From NCBI GenBank assembly GCA_044229145.1, contig JBGATO010000086.1, forward strand, positions 1 through 10,460: a stretch of DNA of 10,460 bases. The letters are read 5' to 3'. Under the pieces are notes generated by a model. The model saw only the letters and a program-made list of their open reading frames with translations. It made no database searches and had not been told where the DNA came from. Within the stretch, counting starts at the first letter, position 1; each line of letters begins with the position of its first letter. Source of the DNA: Candidatus Eiseniibacteriota bacterium. Lineage in GTDB: Bacteria; Eisenbacteria; RBG-16-71-46; CAZEPH01. The position numbers were made by a program, and so were the translations under genes. Positions 1-8,204 of the stretch are shown piece by piece.

Positions 1-1134
1 CTGCCCAACGGGGTGGCCATCAACTACACGTACGACAACGCGAGCCAGCTGACCGGGATCACCTACGTCAAGGGCGCCACCACGCTGGGCAATCTCAGCT
101 ACACGTACGACGCGGCGGGACGGCGGACCAGCATCGGCGGGAGCTTCGCGCGGACGGAGCTGCCGGCGGCGATTGCCACGACCAGTCACAACGCGAACAA
201 CCAGCTGCTGCAGTGGGGCGGGCAGGGCCTGACCTACGACCGCAACGGCAACCTGACCGGCGACGGGATCTACACGTACGGATGGAACGCGCGCAACCAG
301 CTGGTCGAGCTCCGGCAGGGGGCGACCACGGTGGCGAGCTACGAATACGACGGGTTCGGGCGGCGGCAGCGCAAGGCGATCAACGGCGTGACCACGCAGT
401 TCGTGTACGACGGGTACAACTTCGTGCAGGAGCGCGACCAGGCCAATGCCGTGACCGCGAACGTGCTGACCGGGCTGGGGCTGGACGAGGTCTACACGCG
501 GACCAAGGGATCGGCCACGAGCAGCTTGCTGACCGACCACTTGGGGACGATCATTGCCGAGGCGGACGCGGCGGGGGCGATCCAGACCAGCTATAGCTAC
601 GAGCCGTACGGGAAGACGACGCAGACGGGGGTGGCGAGTGACAACAGTCAGCGGTTTACGGGGAGGGAGCAGGATACGACGGAGTTGTATTACTACCGGG
701 CGCGGTACTACGTGCCGGACTGGGGCGGGTTCGTGAGCGAGGACCCGCTAGGCGCGCTCGCGGGGACTAACTGGTATCAATTCCCCGAAGACAATCCGGT
801 CGATGTTGCAGACCCGACGGGGATGATGGGATATGGAGGCGGTGGTTCTGCCGGAACAGGACGCATCGTTACGCCGAGATGTCCACGTACCGCGTGCCTG
901 GCGGGGTGTTGGCTGAAGGCCAAGATTGCCTGTGCGCCGTTGGGCGCGTCTGGAGTGGTCATGGCGAGCATGGTTTCGGCGACGGTTGCCCTGTGCGGGG
1001 CACCGCCTCTGTCGCCAATTGCCTTTGGCATTATCAGTTTCTTAGGCGGACAATCGGCCGCAGGCGGGTGCGCAGGGGCGGTTAACGACGCCTGCGCCAA
1101 AGATTGCCCGCCACCTTGCGAAGCACGACGCTAA
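1..1134 (+). CDS. rhs: Rhs/YD-repeat protein, C-terminal part (5'-truncated by window): YD repeats, Rhs-associated core, variable C-terminal tip
   Basis: Frame is open from base 1 (LPNGVAINYTYD...). Repeated YxYD..GRR/NQL units; core motifs LTDHLGT, YSYEPYG, RFTGREQD, LYYYRARYY, SEDPLG and NPVDVADPTGM (PxxxxDPxG, DPTG at 811-822). Stop TAA 1132-1134. Confidence 0.95.
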   Translation: MPNGVAINYTYDNASQLTGITYVKGATTLGNLSYTYDAAGRRTSIGGSFARTELPAAIATTSHNANNQLLQWGGQGLTYDRNGNLTGDGIYTYGWNARNQLVELRQGATTVASYEYDGFGRRQRKAINGVTTQFVYDGYNFVQERDQANAVTANVLTGLGLDEVYTRTKGSATSSLLTDHLGTIIAEADAAGAIQTSYSYEPYGKTTQTGVASDNSQRFTGREQDTTELYYYRARYYVPDWGGFVSEDPLGALAGTNWYQFPEDNPVDVADPTGMMGYGGGGSAGTGRIVTPRCPRTACLAGCWLKAKIACAPLGASGVVMASMVSATVALCGAPPLSPIAFGIISFLGGQSAAGGCAGAVNDACAKDCPPPCEARR

Positions 1135-1159
1135 GACCTAGGTTCTGGTACCTACCGAG

Positions 1160-1483
1160 ATGTTCGCTAGGAGATGCAAGCAATGAGGCGGGCCGATGAC
1201 GCTTGCTGGGGCGTTGCGTGAGCTAAGCAATGATCGATTCCACTGTCCGAGCTGCGGGCAACAGTATGTGTGCAAGCATGCGTACCTAGTGATCCTGTTC
1301 CTGGCACCCATCATGGCCACGGCCGTGTCGTCGCTCATCTCGATGGTGGTAGTCCATGCAACTATCCAGTGTGAGGACTGCGCAAATTGGTCTGACATTG
1401 TGTTCTACGCTACGCTGCTTCCTGCATTTTGGGCGTCGAACTTCATGCTCTTGAGGTGTCAGCTCGACAAGAAGGCGGGGTAG
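1160..1483 (+). CDS. Small membrane protein with Zn-ribbon-like CxxC motifs; candidate Rhs immunity protein (in-frame TGA at 1184-1186; uninterrupted part 1196-1483)
   Basis: Starts 25 nt after the Rhs stop and shares the tip's less GC-biased codon use. ATG1160 reads MFARRCKQ*GGPMTLAGALRELSNDRFHCPSC, followed by two hydrophobic segments (YLVILFLAPIMATAVSSLISMVVV; IVFYATLLPAFWASNFMLL). Immunity role is inferred from position. Confidence 0.6.
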
Positions 1484-1506
1484 TAGGGGAACGGGGCCGC
1501 TGCCCG

Positions 1507-1539
1507 GCGTCACGGTGCGTGCCGGCGCACGCGTGACGC
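1507..1539 (+). terminator. GC-rich hairpin downstream of the rhs/immunity pair (possible terminator or mRNA-stabilising stem)
   Basis: GCGTCACG-GTGCG / CGCAC-g-CGTGACGC gives a 13-bp stem with one bulge. No U-tract follows. Confidence 0.3.
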
Positions 1540-1640
1540 AATGCGACCGGTACCGGCTCTTCCTGTTGCGCGACGTGAGAGGTGGCTCTGCAAATTCGGA
1601 CAGGGCGATAGGTGGGTGGGGGGATCGACTTCGCGAGCGC

Positions 1641-1862
1641 GATGACGCTGGCGGCCCCGACTACACCCACGACGCCGAGGGCACCGCTGACACCCGCAGC
1701 CACGACAGGCTGGACCGGCTGACCCAGGAGACCACCCCGCAGGGGACGGTGAGCTACAGCTACTTCGCCAACGGCCTGCGGCAGACCATGACGGTGGCCG
1801 GGCAGGCGGCGATGAGCTACAGCCACGACGCCCAGTACCGGCGGCCCGGGATCGCGCAGGGC
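1641..1862 (+). pseudogene. Orphan, decayed Rhs YD-repeat fragment
   Basis: Translates ...TRSHDRLDRLTQETTPQGTVSYSYFANGLRQTMTVAGQAAMSYSHDAQYRRPGIAQG, a typical Rhs repeat string with YD degraded to HD. No credible start and no core or tip. Boundaries approximate. Confidence 0.75.
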
Positions 1863-1907
1863 AGAGGCCGTTCCGCCTTCCCGGCGGCAAGGCGGGAGCG
1901 AGGGGCG

Positions 1908-1933
1908 TCTTGCTGCATCATGATTCATCAAGA
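1908..1933. promoter_or_regulatory. Palindromic operator upstream of the toxin-antitoxin operon
   Basis: TCTTGCTGCATCATGATTCATCAAGA is a 26-bp dyad with 11 of 13 pairs matching and a perfect ATCATGAT centre. It ends 18 nt before the antitoxin ATG. Confidence 0.7.
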
Positions 1934-1951
1934 CAAATCAGGGTGCCCGTG

Positions 1952-2182
1952 ATGACGACCGCAGTTCGCGAGAAGTTCTCGTCGCAGGCCGCGCCCGACG
2001 TGCTGGCCGAAATGCGCAAGATCGCCGCGGCGCAGGGCCGCCAGTTCCAGTCGGTGCTCGAGGAGGCCTTGCGCGAGTACATCGACCGCCAGCGCCAGGG
2101 GCGGCCGCGCCGCCACGTGCTGGCGTCGTTTGCGGCGAGCATCGAGGAGTTCGATCGGCTGTATCGCGAACTTGCGAAGTGA
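1952..2182 (+). CDS. Putative type II antitoxin, ribbon-helix-helix-like (76 aa)
   Basis: MTTAVREKFSSQAAPDVLAEMRKIAAAQGRQFQSVLEEALREYI has a strand-helix-helix pattern. C-terminus EFDRLYRELAK resembles Doc-neutralising tails. Its stop overlaps the toxin start (GTGA, 2179-2182). Confidence 0.8.
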   Translation: MTTAVREKFSSQAAPDVLAEMRKIAAAQGRQFQSVLEEALREYIDRQRQGRPRRHVLASFAASIEEFDRLYRELAK

Positions 2183-2562
2183 GGCGGCGCGACCACCTGA
2201 CGGTCGCGGATGTCCTCGGCCTGCACGCGATTCTGGTGCAGCGGTACGGCGGCGCGCCGGGCATGCGCGACGCCGGCGCGCTGGAGGCGGCGCTGTTCCG
2301 TCCGCAGACCGGTTACTACGCGGATATCGTGGCCGAAGCGGGGGCGTTGCTCGAGAGCATCGCTGTCAACCATCCGTTCGTCGACGGGAACAAGCACGTC
2401 GCATTCGCCGCGGTCGACGTCTTCCTGCGCATCAACGGCTGGCGCATGCACCGCGAACCGATGCGCATCCACGCCGAGATGATGCGGATGTTCGAGACCG
2501 GCACGTTCGACGTGGCCCACCTCGAACCGTGGCTGCGCGGCATGGCGCGGCCGGTCAAGTGA
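2179..2562 (+). CDS. doc: Death-on-curing (Doc/Fic-fold) family toxin
   Basis: N-terminal LH..LVQRYGGAPGMRDAGALEAALFRPQ and active-site HPFVDGNKH (2371-2397); 127 aa; translationally coupled to the upstream small gene. Confidence 0.92.
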   Translation: MRRRDHLTVADVLGLHAILVQRYGGAPGMRDAGALEAALFRPQTGYYADIVAEAGALLESIAVNHPFVDGNKHVAFAAVDVFLRINGWRMHREPMRIHAEMMRMFETGTFDVAHLEPWLRGMARPVK

Positions 2563-3033
2563 GTGTTCGTTTCGGGAAGAGCGGCCATGGTCGTGCGCGC
2601 ACCGCACCGTGGGCCGTCGCGTGCGGGCACGCCAATCCCTGCGCCTGCAATTGCGATAGAGACATGGCACGCTGACCGCCCATCGGAGTTTCGGGCGTTG
2701 ACCAGCGCCATCCGCGCCCCCAGCCTGGCGCAGGCTGCTACGTCGGCACGCATCGCATGACGCCGCGGGGCCGGCGCCTGCGCCGAGCGACGACGACTCC
2801 GGGGAATTCCAGTGCGCGTCGATGTGCTCCAAGTGCGCCCGACGGCTCGGTATGCACGTCGACGTCCGCGACGAGCCTGCTTCAAGCGCGCGGCAGCATC
2901 GCATTCAGTGCGTGCGCGCAGAGACGGCCCTGGCGTGGAAGCGTGGGCCGGGTTTCTGCCGCTGCCTCTACCCAACGCGGTGCGCGCGTGCGGGCGCCCG
3001 CACAAGCCCGCATAGGCGTAACGTCGCGGCCGA

Positions 3034-3795
3034 TCAGCCGGAGACCTTGGTCAGCTTGTATTGCCCCAGGATCTGCGTCGCGGTCGTCTGCACGGTCTGC
3101 GTCCCCGTCACCAACCCGGACGATCCCGCCGCCGCGCCGCCGAAGTGCATCGTGATCTGCGTGAAGGTGTTCCCCGGCACGCCCGCGAACACCGTCGCGG
3201 CCACCGAGATCGTCGATCCGATGCAGCTGCCGTTGAATGCCATGAGCGCGTTCACGAGCTGAACCTCCTGGTACGGCACCGTGTTCACGCCCGCGTCGTT
3301 GACGACCGTGAACTGGAAGCTCCCCGCCTGGTTGTTGGCAATCCAGTCCACGTTGTAGGTGCCGCGCAGGTCGATCCCGCCCGCCTGCGTCAGATTGAGC
3401 GCGCCGGTTCCGGACGCCCCCGGCGTCGCGCGACGCGCATAGGTGAGCGTCATGTTCCTGCCGTTGCGCGTGCCCTTGAAGTCGACGATTCCGACGGAGC
3501 CCTTGAAGTCCACCGTCCAGTCCATGCCGGCGGTCGTCTCGGTTCCCGACAAGGCGCCGTGATGGATGCTGCCGTCGCCGGCGACCATGCGCGCGTTGCC
3601 CCTGATCGCCGCGCCCGTGGCGACGTGCTCGGTCTCGAGGGTCATGTTCGTGCCCGACGCGTCGGCAAGCGTGCCCGTCCAGACGCCAGCCAGGGGGCTC
3701 ACGGTGGAGTCGGAACCACCCCCGCCGCCGCATCCGCCGAGCAGACCGACCAACGCCACGCCGAGCAAAGCGAGCCTTGCGAATCCTGTCGCCAT
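3034..3795 (-). CDS. Hypothetical lipoprotein (253 aa), beta-rich
   Basis: ATG at 3795 with AGGAG ~10 nt upstream. Signal peptide MATGFARLALLGVALVGLLGG-C with lipobox, then a GGGGGS linker and a Gly/Thr-rich mature region. Codon bias fits this frame. Confidence 0.85.
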   Translation of the reverse strand: MATGFARLALLGVALVGLLGGCGGGGGSDSTVSPLAGVWTGTLADASGTNMTLETEHVATGAAIRGNARMVAGDGSIHHGALSGTETTAGMDWTVDFKGSVGIVDFKGTRNGRNMTLTYARRATPGASGTGALNLTQAGGIDLRGTYNVDWIANNQAGSFQFTVVNDAGVNTVPYQEVQLVNALMAFNGSCIGSTISVAATVFAGVPGNTFTQITMHFGGAAAGSSGLVTGTQTVQTTATQILGQYKLTKVSG

Positions 3796-3863
3796 AAGCG
3801 GAACTCTCCTGGTGAATGACGGCGAACGGCGCCCGATGTCGATGCGCGCCGGTGTGCGAAGTG

Positions 3864-3872
3864 AGCGTAGCA
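3864..3872 (-). promoter_or_regulatory. Possible extended -10 element for the lipoprotein gene
   Basis: Minus strand reads TGcTACGCT ~70 nt upstream of the ATG. Motif resemblance only. Confidence 0.3.
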
Positions 3873-4007
3873 CGCGAGGACGGGGCGGCCCATTCGTTCC
3901 GACCGTGGTTCGGGGTTCTCCGGCCCGAGCCTGCGGCCGCCGCGGTGAAAGCTGCAGCGATCCGTCCTGACCCGACCGCGGGATCGAACGCGATTGTTGC
4001 GCTGCGG

Positions 4008-4013
4008 TAAACT
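4008..4013 (+). promoter_or_regulatory. Possible -10 element for the oxidoreductase gene
   Basis: TAAACT in a GC-rich context, 11 nt before ATG4025. No Shine-Dalgarno in between. Confidence 0.4.
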
Positions 4014-4024
4014 GGCGCTTCGCC

Positions 4025-7000
4025 ATGGACACGGTCGCCGACACCACGGTCGCTGCGGATACCGGCACGGACGCCCCGCGTCTGCGCGAGATCCCGTACA
4101 ACTACACGTCGTTCTCCGACCGCGAGATCGTCATTCGCCTGCTCGGGGCGGACCTGTGGCCGCTGCTGCAGGACCTGCGCGGCGAGCGGCGCACCGGGCG
4201 CTCGGCGCGGATGCTCTTCGAGGTGCTGGGCGACATCTGGGTCGTCGACCGCAACCCGTACCTGCAGGACGACCTCCTCGACAACCCGAAGCGGCAGGCG
4301 CTCCTGGTCGACGCGCTGCGCCACCGGCTGCGCGAGATCGACAAGCGCCGCCAGAAAGGCGCGGGCGCCGACGCGGAGCGCGATGCGAAGGTCACGCGCC
4401 TGATCGCCGCGGCGGGTGCGGCGGTCGACCGGTTCGCCTCAGCGTTCGCGGAGACGGCGGAGCTGCGCCGCCGCACGCGCCGCGTGCTCGCCCGCCACAC
4501 CGATCGCGACAACGTCGCCTTCGACGGCCTCGCGCGCGTGTCGCACGTCACCGACGCCACCGACTGGCGCGTCGAGTACCCGTTCGTCGTCGTGTACCCG
4601 GACACCGAGGACGAGGTGCGCGGCCTCGTCGAGGGCTGCATCGAGCTGGGCCTCACGATCATCCCGCGCGGCGGCGGCACCGGCTACACCGGCGGCGCGA
4701 TCCCGCTCGACGCGCGCTCGGCCGTCATCAACACCGAGAAGCTCGAGCGACTCTCCGACGTCGAGCGCGTCGTGCTGCGCGGCCACGCGGAAGCCACGCC
4801 GACGATCGACTGCGGCGCCGGCGTGGTCACGCGGCGCGTGATGGACGCGGCGGAGCGCGCGGGCCTCGTGTTCGCGGTGGACCCGACGTCGGCCGACGCC
4901 TCGTGCATCGGCGGCAACGTCGCGGTGAACGCAGGGGGCAAGAAGGCGGTGCTGTGGGGCACGGCGCTCGACAACCTCGTGTCGTGGAAGATGGTGACGC
5001 CGTCGGCCGAGTGGCTCGAGGTCACCCGCACCGACCACAACCTCGGGAAGATCCACGACGCCGCGCAGGCGACGTTCGAGCTGGCGTGGCTCGAAGCGGA
5101 CGGAAGGACGCTGAAGCGCCGCGAGACGCTGACCATCCCGGGCACCGTGTTTCGCAAGGCGGGGCTCGGCAAGGACGTCACCGACAAGTTCCTGGCCGGG
5201 CTGCCGGGCGTGCAGAAGGAAGGCTGTGACGGCCTCGTCACCAGCGCGCGCTTCGTGCTGCACCGGATGCCGCCGGCGGCGCGCACCGTGTGCCTCGAGT
5301 TCTTCGGCCTCGCGCGCCAGTCGGTGCCGGCCATCGTCGAGATCAAGGACTACGTCGACGCGCTGCCCAAGGCGGGCGCGGCGCGCGTGCTGCTCGCGGG
5401 GCTGGAGCACCTCGACGAGCGCTACGTGAAGGCGGTCGGCTACGCGACGAAGGCCAAGCGCCACGGCCGGCCGCGGATGGTGCTGCTCGGCGACCTGGTC
5501 GGCGACGACGACGCGGCGGTCGCGCAGGCGGCCTCCGAGGTCGTGCGCATCGCCAACGCGCGCGGGGCGGAAGGGTTCGTCGCGGTGTCGGCGGACGCGC
5601 GGCGCAAGTTCTGGCTCGACCGCGCGCGCACGGCGGCGATCGCCCGCCACACGAACGCGTTCAAGGTCAACGAAGACGTCGTCATCCCGCTGCCGCGGCT
5701 GGCCGACTACACCGATGGCATCGAGCGGATCAACATCGAGTTCTCGCTCGCCAACAAGCTGCGGCTCGCCGACGAGTTGGCGGCGTTCCTCGCGAGCCCG
5801 CAGGTCTCCGCCGCGTGGCCGCCCGACAGCGAGACGCGGCCGCCGCAGGAGATCGTCGACGCCAAGGTCGACGAGGCGCGCGAAGTGGTCGCGGCGGTGC
5901 GCGCGCGCTGGCAGGACCTGGCCGAGCGCCTCGACGCGACGTTCCCGTCACTGCAGGACCGCTCGGTCGTCGTGTCGTGGAAGCGCGAGCTGAAGGCCCC
6001 GCTCGACGAAGTGTTCGCGGGGCTCGCGTTCGCGCCGGTGATGAAGCACGCGAACGACATCCACGCGCGGGTGCTGAAGAGCCGCGTGTTCGTCGCGCTG
6101 CACATGCACGCCGGCGACGGCAACGTGCACACGAACATCCCGGTCAACTCCGACGACTACGCGATGCTGCAGGACGCCAACGCCGCGGTCGCGCGCATCA
6201 TGGCGCTGGCGCGCTCGCTGGGCGGCGTGATCTCCGGCGAGCACGGCATCGGCATCACCAAGGTCGAGTACCTGACGGACGCCGAGCTGGCGCCGTTCGC
6301 CGGGTACAAGCGCACGGTCGACCCGGACGGCCGGTTCAACCGCGGCAAGCTGCTGCGCGACCCGGCGCGGCCGGCGGACCTCTCCGGCGCCTACACGCCG
6401 AGCTTCGCGCTGATCGGCCACGAGAGCCTGATCCTCGAGCAGAGCGACATCGGGGGCGTGGCCGACTCGGTCAAGGACTGCCTGCGCTGCGGCAAGTGCA
6501 AGCCGGTGTGCTCGACGCACGTGCCGCGCGCGAACCTGCTGTACAGCCCGCGCAACAAGATCCTCGCCACGTCGCTGCTGATCGAGGCGTTCCTCTACGA
6601 GGAGCAGACGCGCCGCGGCGTGTCGCTCAGGCACTTCGACGAGTTCGGCGACGTCGCCGACCACTGCACGGTCTGCCACAAGTGCGTCAACCCGTGCCCG
6701 GTCGACATCGACTTCGGCGACGTGTCGATCGCGATGCGCAACCTGCTGCGCAAAGGGGGGCACAAGAAGTTCAATCCCGGTACCGCGGCCTCGATGTTCC
6801 TCCTCAACGCGACCGACCCGACGACGGTCAAGCTCGCGAAGAAGCTCATGATCGACTGGGGCTACCGCGCGCAGCGCCTCGCGTACCGGTTCGCGAAGAC
6901 GACGGGCGTCGTGCGCGCGCAGACGCGTCGCCCGCCGCCGACGGTGGGCAAGCCGCCGTTGAAGGCGCAGGTGATCCACTTCGTCAACAAGCCGATGCCG

Positions 7001-7885
7001 GCCGGCGTCCCGGCGCGCACGTCGCGCGCGCTGCTCGACATCGAGGACGACACGGTCGTGCCGATCATCCGCGACCCGGCCCGGCCGGCGGACGAAGGCG
7101 ACGCGGTGTTCTACTTTCCCGGCTGCGGCTCCGAGCGGCTGTTCTCGCAGGTGGGGCTCGCCACGCAGGCGATGCTGTTCCACGTCGGCGCGCAGACGGT
7201 GCTGCCGCCGGGCTACCTGTGCTGCGGCTACCCGCAGACGTCGGCCGGCAACCACGACGAGGGGCTGCGGATCACCACGGCCAACCGCGTGCTGTTCCAC
7301 CGCGTGGCCAACACGCTCAACTACCTCGACATCCGCACGGTGATCGTGTCCTGCGGCACGTGCATGGACCAGCTCCTGAAGTACGAGTTCGACCGCATCT
7401 TCCCGGGCTGCCGGCTGCTCGACATCCACGAGTACCTGCGCGAGAAGGGCGTGCGGCTCGAGGGGATCGCCGGGACGCGCTACATGTACCACGACCCCTG
7501 CCACACGCCGATGAAGACGCACGCGCCGCTCACCGTCGTGCGCGACCTGATGGGCACGCAGGTCGCGCTGAGCGAACGCTGCTGCGGCGAGTCCGGGACG
7601 CTCGCGGTGTCGCGGCCCGACGTCTCCACGCAGGTCCGCTTCCGCAAGGAGGAGGAGATGCGCCGCGGCGCCGCGGCGTTGCGCGCCGACGGCTTCGCCG
7701 GCGACGTCAAGGTGCTGACGTCGTGCCCGTCGTGCCTGCAGGGGCTCTGGCGGTTTGCCGACGACGCCGGCACGCAGGCCGACTACGTCGTCGTCGAGAT
7801 CGCGAAGCGCATGCTGGGCGAGCGCTGGATGGCCGACTACGTCGCGAAGGCGACGGCCGGCGGCATCGAGCGCGTGCTGATGTAG
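4025..7885 (+). CDS. FAD-linked oxidase / Fe-S / CCG-domain fusion oxidoreductase (GlcD+GlcF-like; DUF3683/DUF3400-containing family), 1286 aa
   Basis: N-terminal [19 protein letters not shown] motifs [11 protein letters not shown] and [23 protein letters not shown] and SGEHGIG; two ferredoxin motifs [11 protein letters not shown] and [34 protein letters not shown]. Uninterrupted ORF with strong third-position GC bias. Confidence 0.95.
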   Translation: MDTVADTTVAADTGTDAPRLREIPYNYTSFSDREIVIRLLGADLWPLLQDLRGERRTGRSARMLFEVLGDIWVVDRNPYLQDDLLDNPKRQALLVDALRHRLREIDKRRQKGAGADAERDAKVTRLIAAAGAAVDRFASAFAETAELRRRTRRVLARHTDRDNVAFDGLARVSHVTDATDWRVEYPFVVVYPDTEDEVRGLVEGCIELGLTIIPRGGGTGYTGGAIPLDARSAVINTEKLERLSDVERVVLRGHAEATPTIDCGAGVVTRRVMDAAERAGLVFAVDPTSADASCIGGNVAVNAGGKKAVLWGTALDNLVSWKMVTPSAEWLEVTRTDHNLGKIHDAAQATFELAWLEADGRTLKRRETLTIPGTVFRKAGLGKDVTDKFLAGLPGVQKEGCDGLVTSARFVLHRMPPAARTVCLEFFGLARQSVPAIVEIKDYVDALPKAGAARVLLAGLEHLDERYVKAVGYATKAKRHGRPRMVLLGDLVGDDDAAVAQAASEVVRIANARGAEGFVAVSADARRKFWLDRARTAAIARHTNAFKVNEDVVIPLPRLADYTDGIERINIEFSLANKLRLADELAAFLASPQVSAAWPPDSETRPPQEIVDAKVDEAREVVAAVRARWQDLAERLDATFPSLQDRSVVVSWKRELKAPLDEVFAGLAFAPVMKHANDIHARVLKSRVFVALHMHAGDGNVHTNIPVNSDDYAMLQDANAAVARIMALARSLGGVISGEHGIGITKVEYLTDAELAPFAGYKRTVDPDGRFNRGKLLRDPARPADLSGAYTPSFALIGHESLILEQSDIGGVADSVKDCLRCGKCKPVCSTHVPRANLLYSPRNKILATSLLIEAFLYEEQTRRGVSLRHFDEFGDVADHCTVCHKCVNPCPVDIDFGDVSIAMRNLLRKGGHKKFNPGTAASMFLLNATDPTTVKLAKKLMIDWGYRAQRLAYRFAKTTGVVRAQTRRPPPTVGKPPLKAQVIHFVNKPMPAGVPARTSRALLDIEDDTVVPIIRDPARPADEGDAVFYFPGCGSERLFSQVGLATQAMLFHVGAQTVLPPGYLCCGYPQTSAGNHDEGLRITTANRVLFHRVANTLNYLDIRTVIVSCGTCMDQLLKYEFDRIFPGCRLLDIHEYLREKGVRLEGIAGTRYMYHDPCHTPMKTHAPLTVVRDLMGTQVALSERCCGESGTLAVSRPDVSTQVRFRKEEEMRRGAAALRADGFAGDVKVLTSCPSCLQGLWRFADDAGTQADYVVVEIAKRMLGERWMADYVAKATAGGIERVLM

Positions 7886-7889
7886 CCCG

Positions 7890-7944
7890 CCCCCTCACCC
7901 CGGCCCTCTCCCCGCACGCGGGGAGAGGGTGGCGGTGAAGGGGG
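7890..7944. repeat. REP-like palindromic element between convergent genes (CCCCTCACCCCGGCCCTCTCCCC...GGGGAGAGGG type); possible bidirectional terminator
   Basis: Perfect 11-bp stem CCCTCTCCCCG-cacg-CGGGGAGAGGG (7904-7929), nested in CCCCCTCACC / GGTGAaGGGGG. Resembles the dispersed proteobacterial repeat that translates as PLTPALSPxxGRG. Confidence 0.75.
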
Positions 7945-7948
7945 AAAC

Positions 7949-8204
7949 TCAGTCGACGTCGTCGAGCGCCGGCGCGCAGGTGCGCACGGCCTCGGGCGCG
8001 CACGGCGGCGTGGTCGCCACGGCCGCCAGCGCCGGCGAGGCCAGTCCCGGAGCGTCGGGGCCCGGCCCGTAGCGGACGATCAGCGGTGCGGCCAGCAGCA
8101 GCCATGCGATCGACCACGAACCGCGCCGCGTTCCGCAGGCGACGGGGCTCGGCCGGCTCGGGCAGGGATTGGGCGTCGGCGTCGCGGCGTGTCGTGGTGC
8201 GCAT
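7949..8204 (-). CDS. Small single-pass membrane protein (~85 aa) with an apparent frameshift near 8111
   Basis: GAGGAA precedes ATG8204. MRTTTRRDADAQSLPEPAEPRRLRNAARFVV continues in another frame as IAWLLLAAPLIVRYGPGPDAPG...PPCAPEAVRTCAPALDDVD*. The two halves join into one hydrophobic helix. Confidence 0.5.

Noticed and set aside
1910..1951. Longer N-terminus for the antitoxin
   Set aside because: The start would lie inside the operator palindrome. ATG1952 (or GTG1949) gives a typical size.
1515..1952. 145-aa ORF as an intact gene
   Set aside because: Only the central part is Rhs-like. The flanks run through hairpins and the TA operator.
3796..4101. N-terminal extension of the lipoprotein ORF (355 aa), and the 2882-4324 ORF
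   Set aside because: These overlap the divergent gene. The signal peptide and RBS point to ATG3795.
5290..7938. 882-aa alternative-frame ORF and other long ORFs overlapping the oxidoreductase (3994-5229, 4439-5650, 5948-7522)
   Set aside because: Arg/Ala/Pro-rich shadow ORFs expected from high-GC codon bias. The 4025-7885 frame carries all recognisable motifs.
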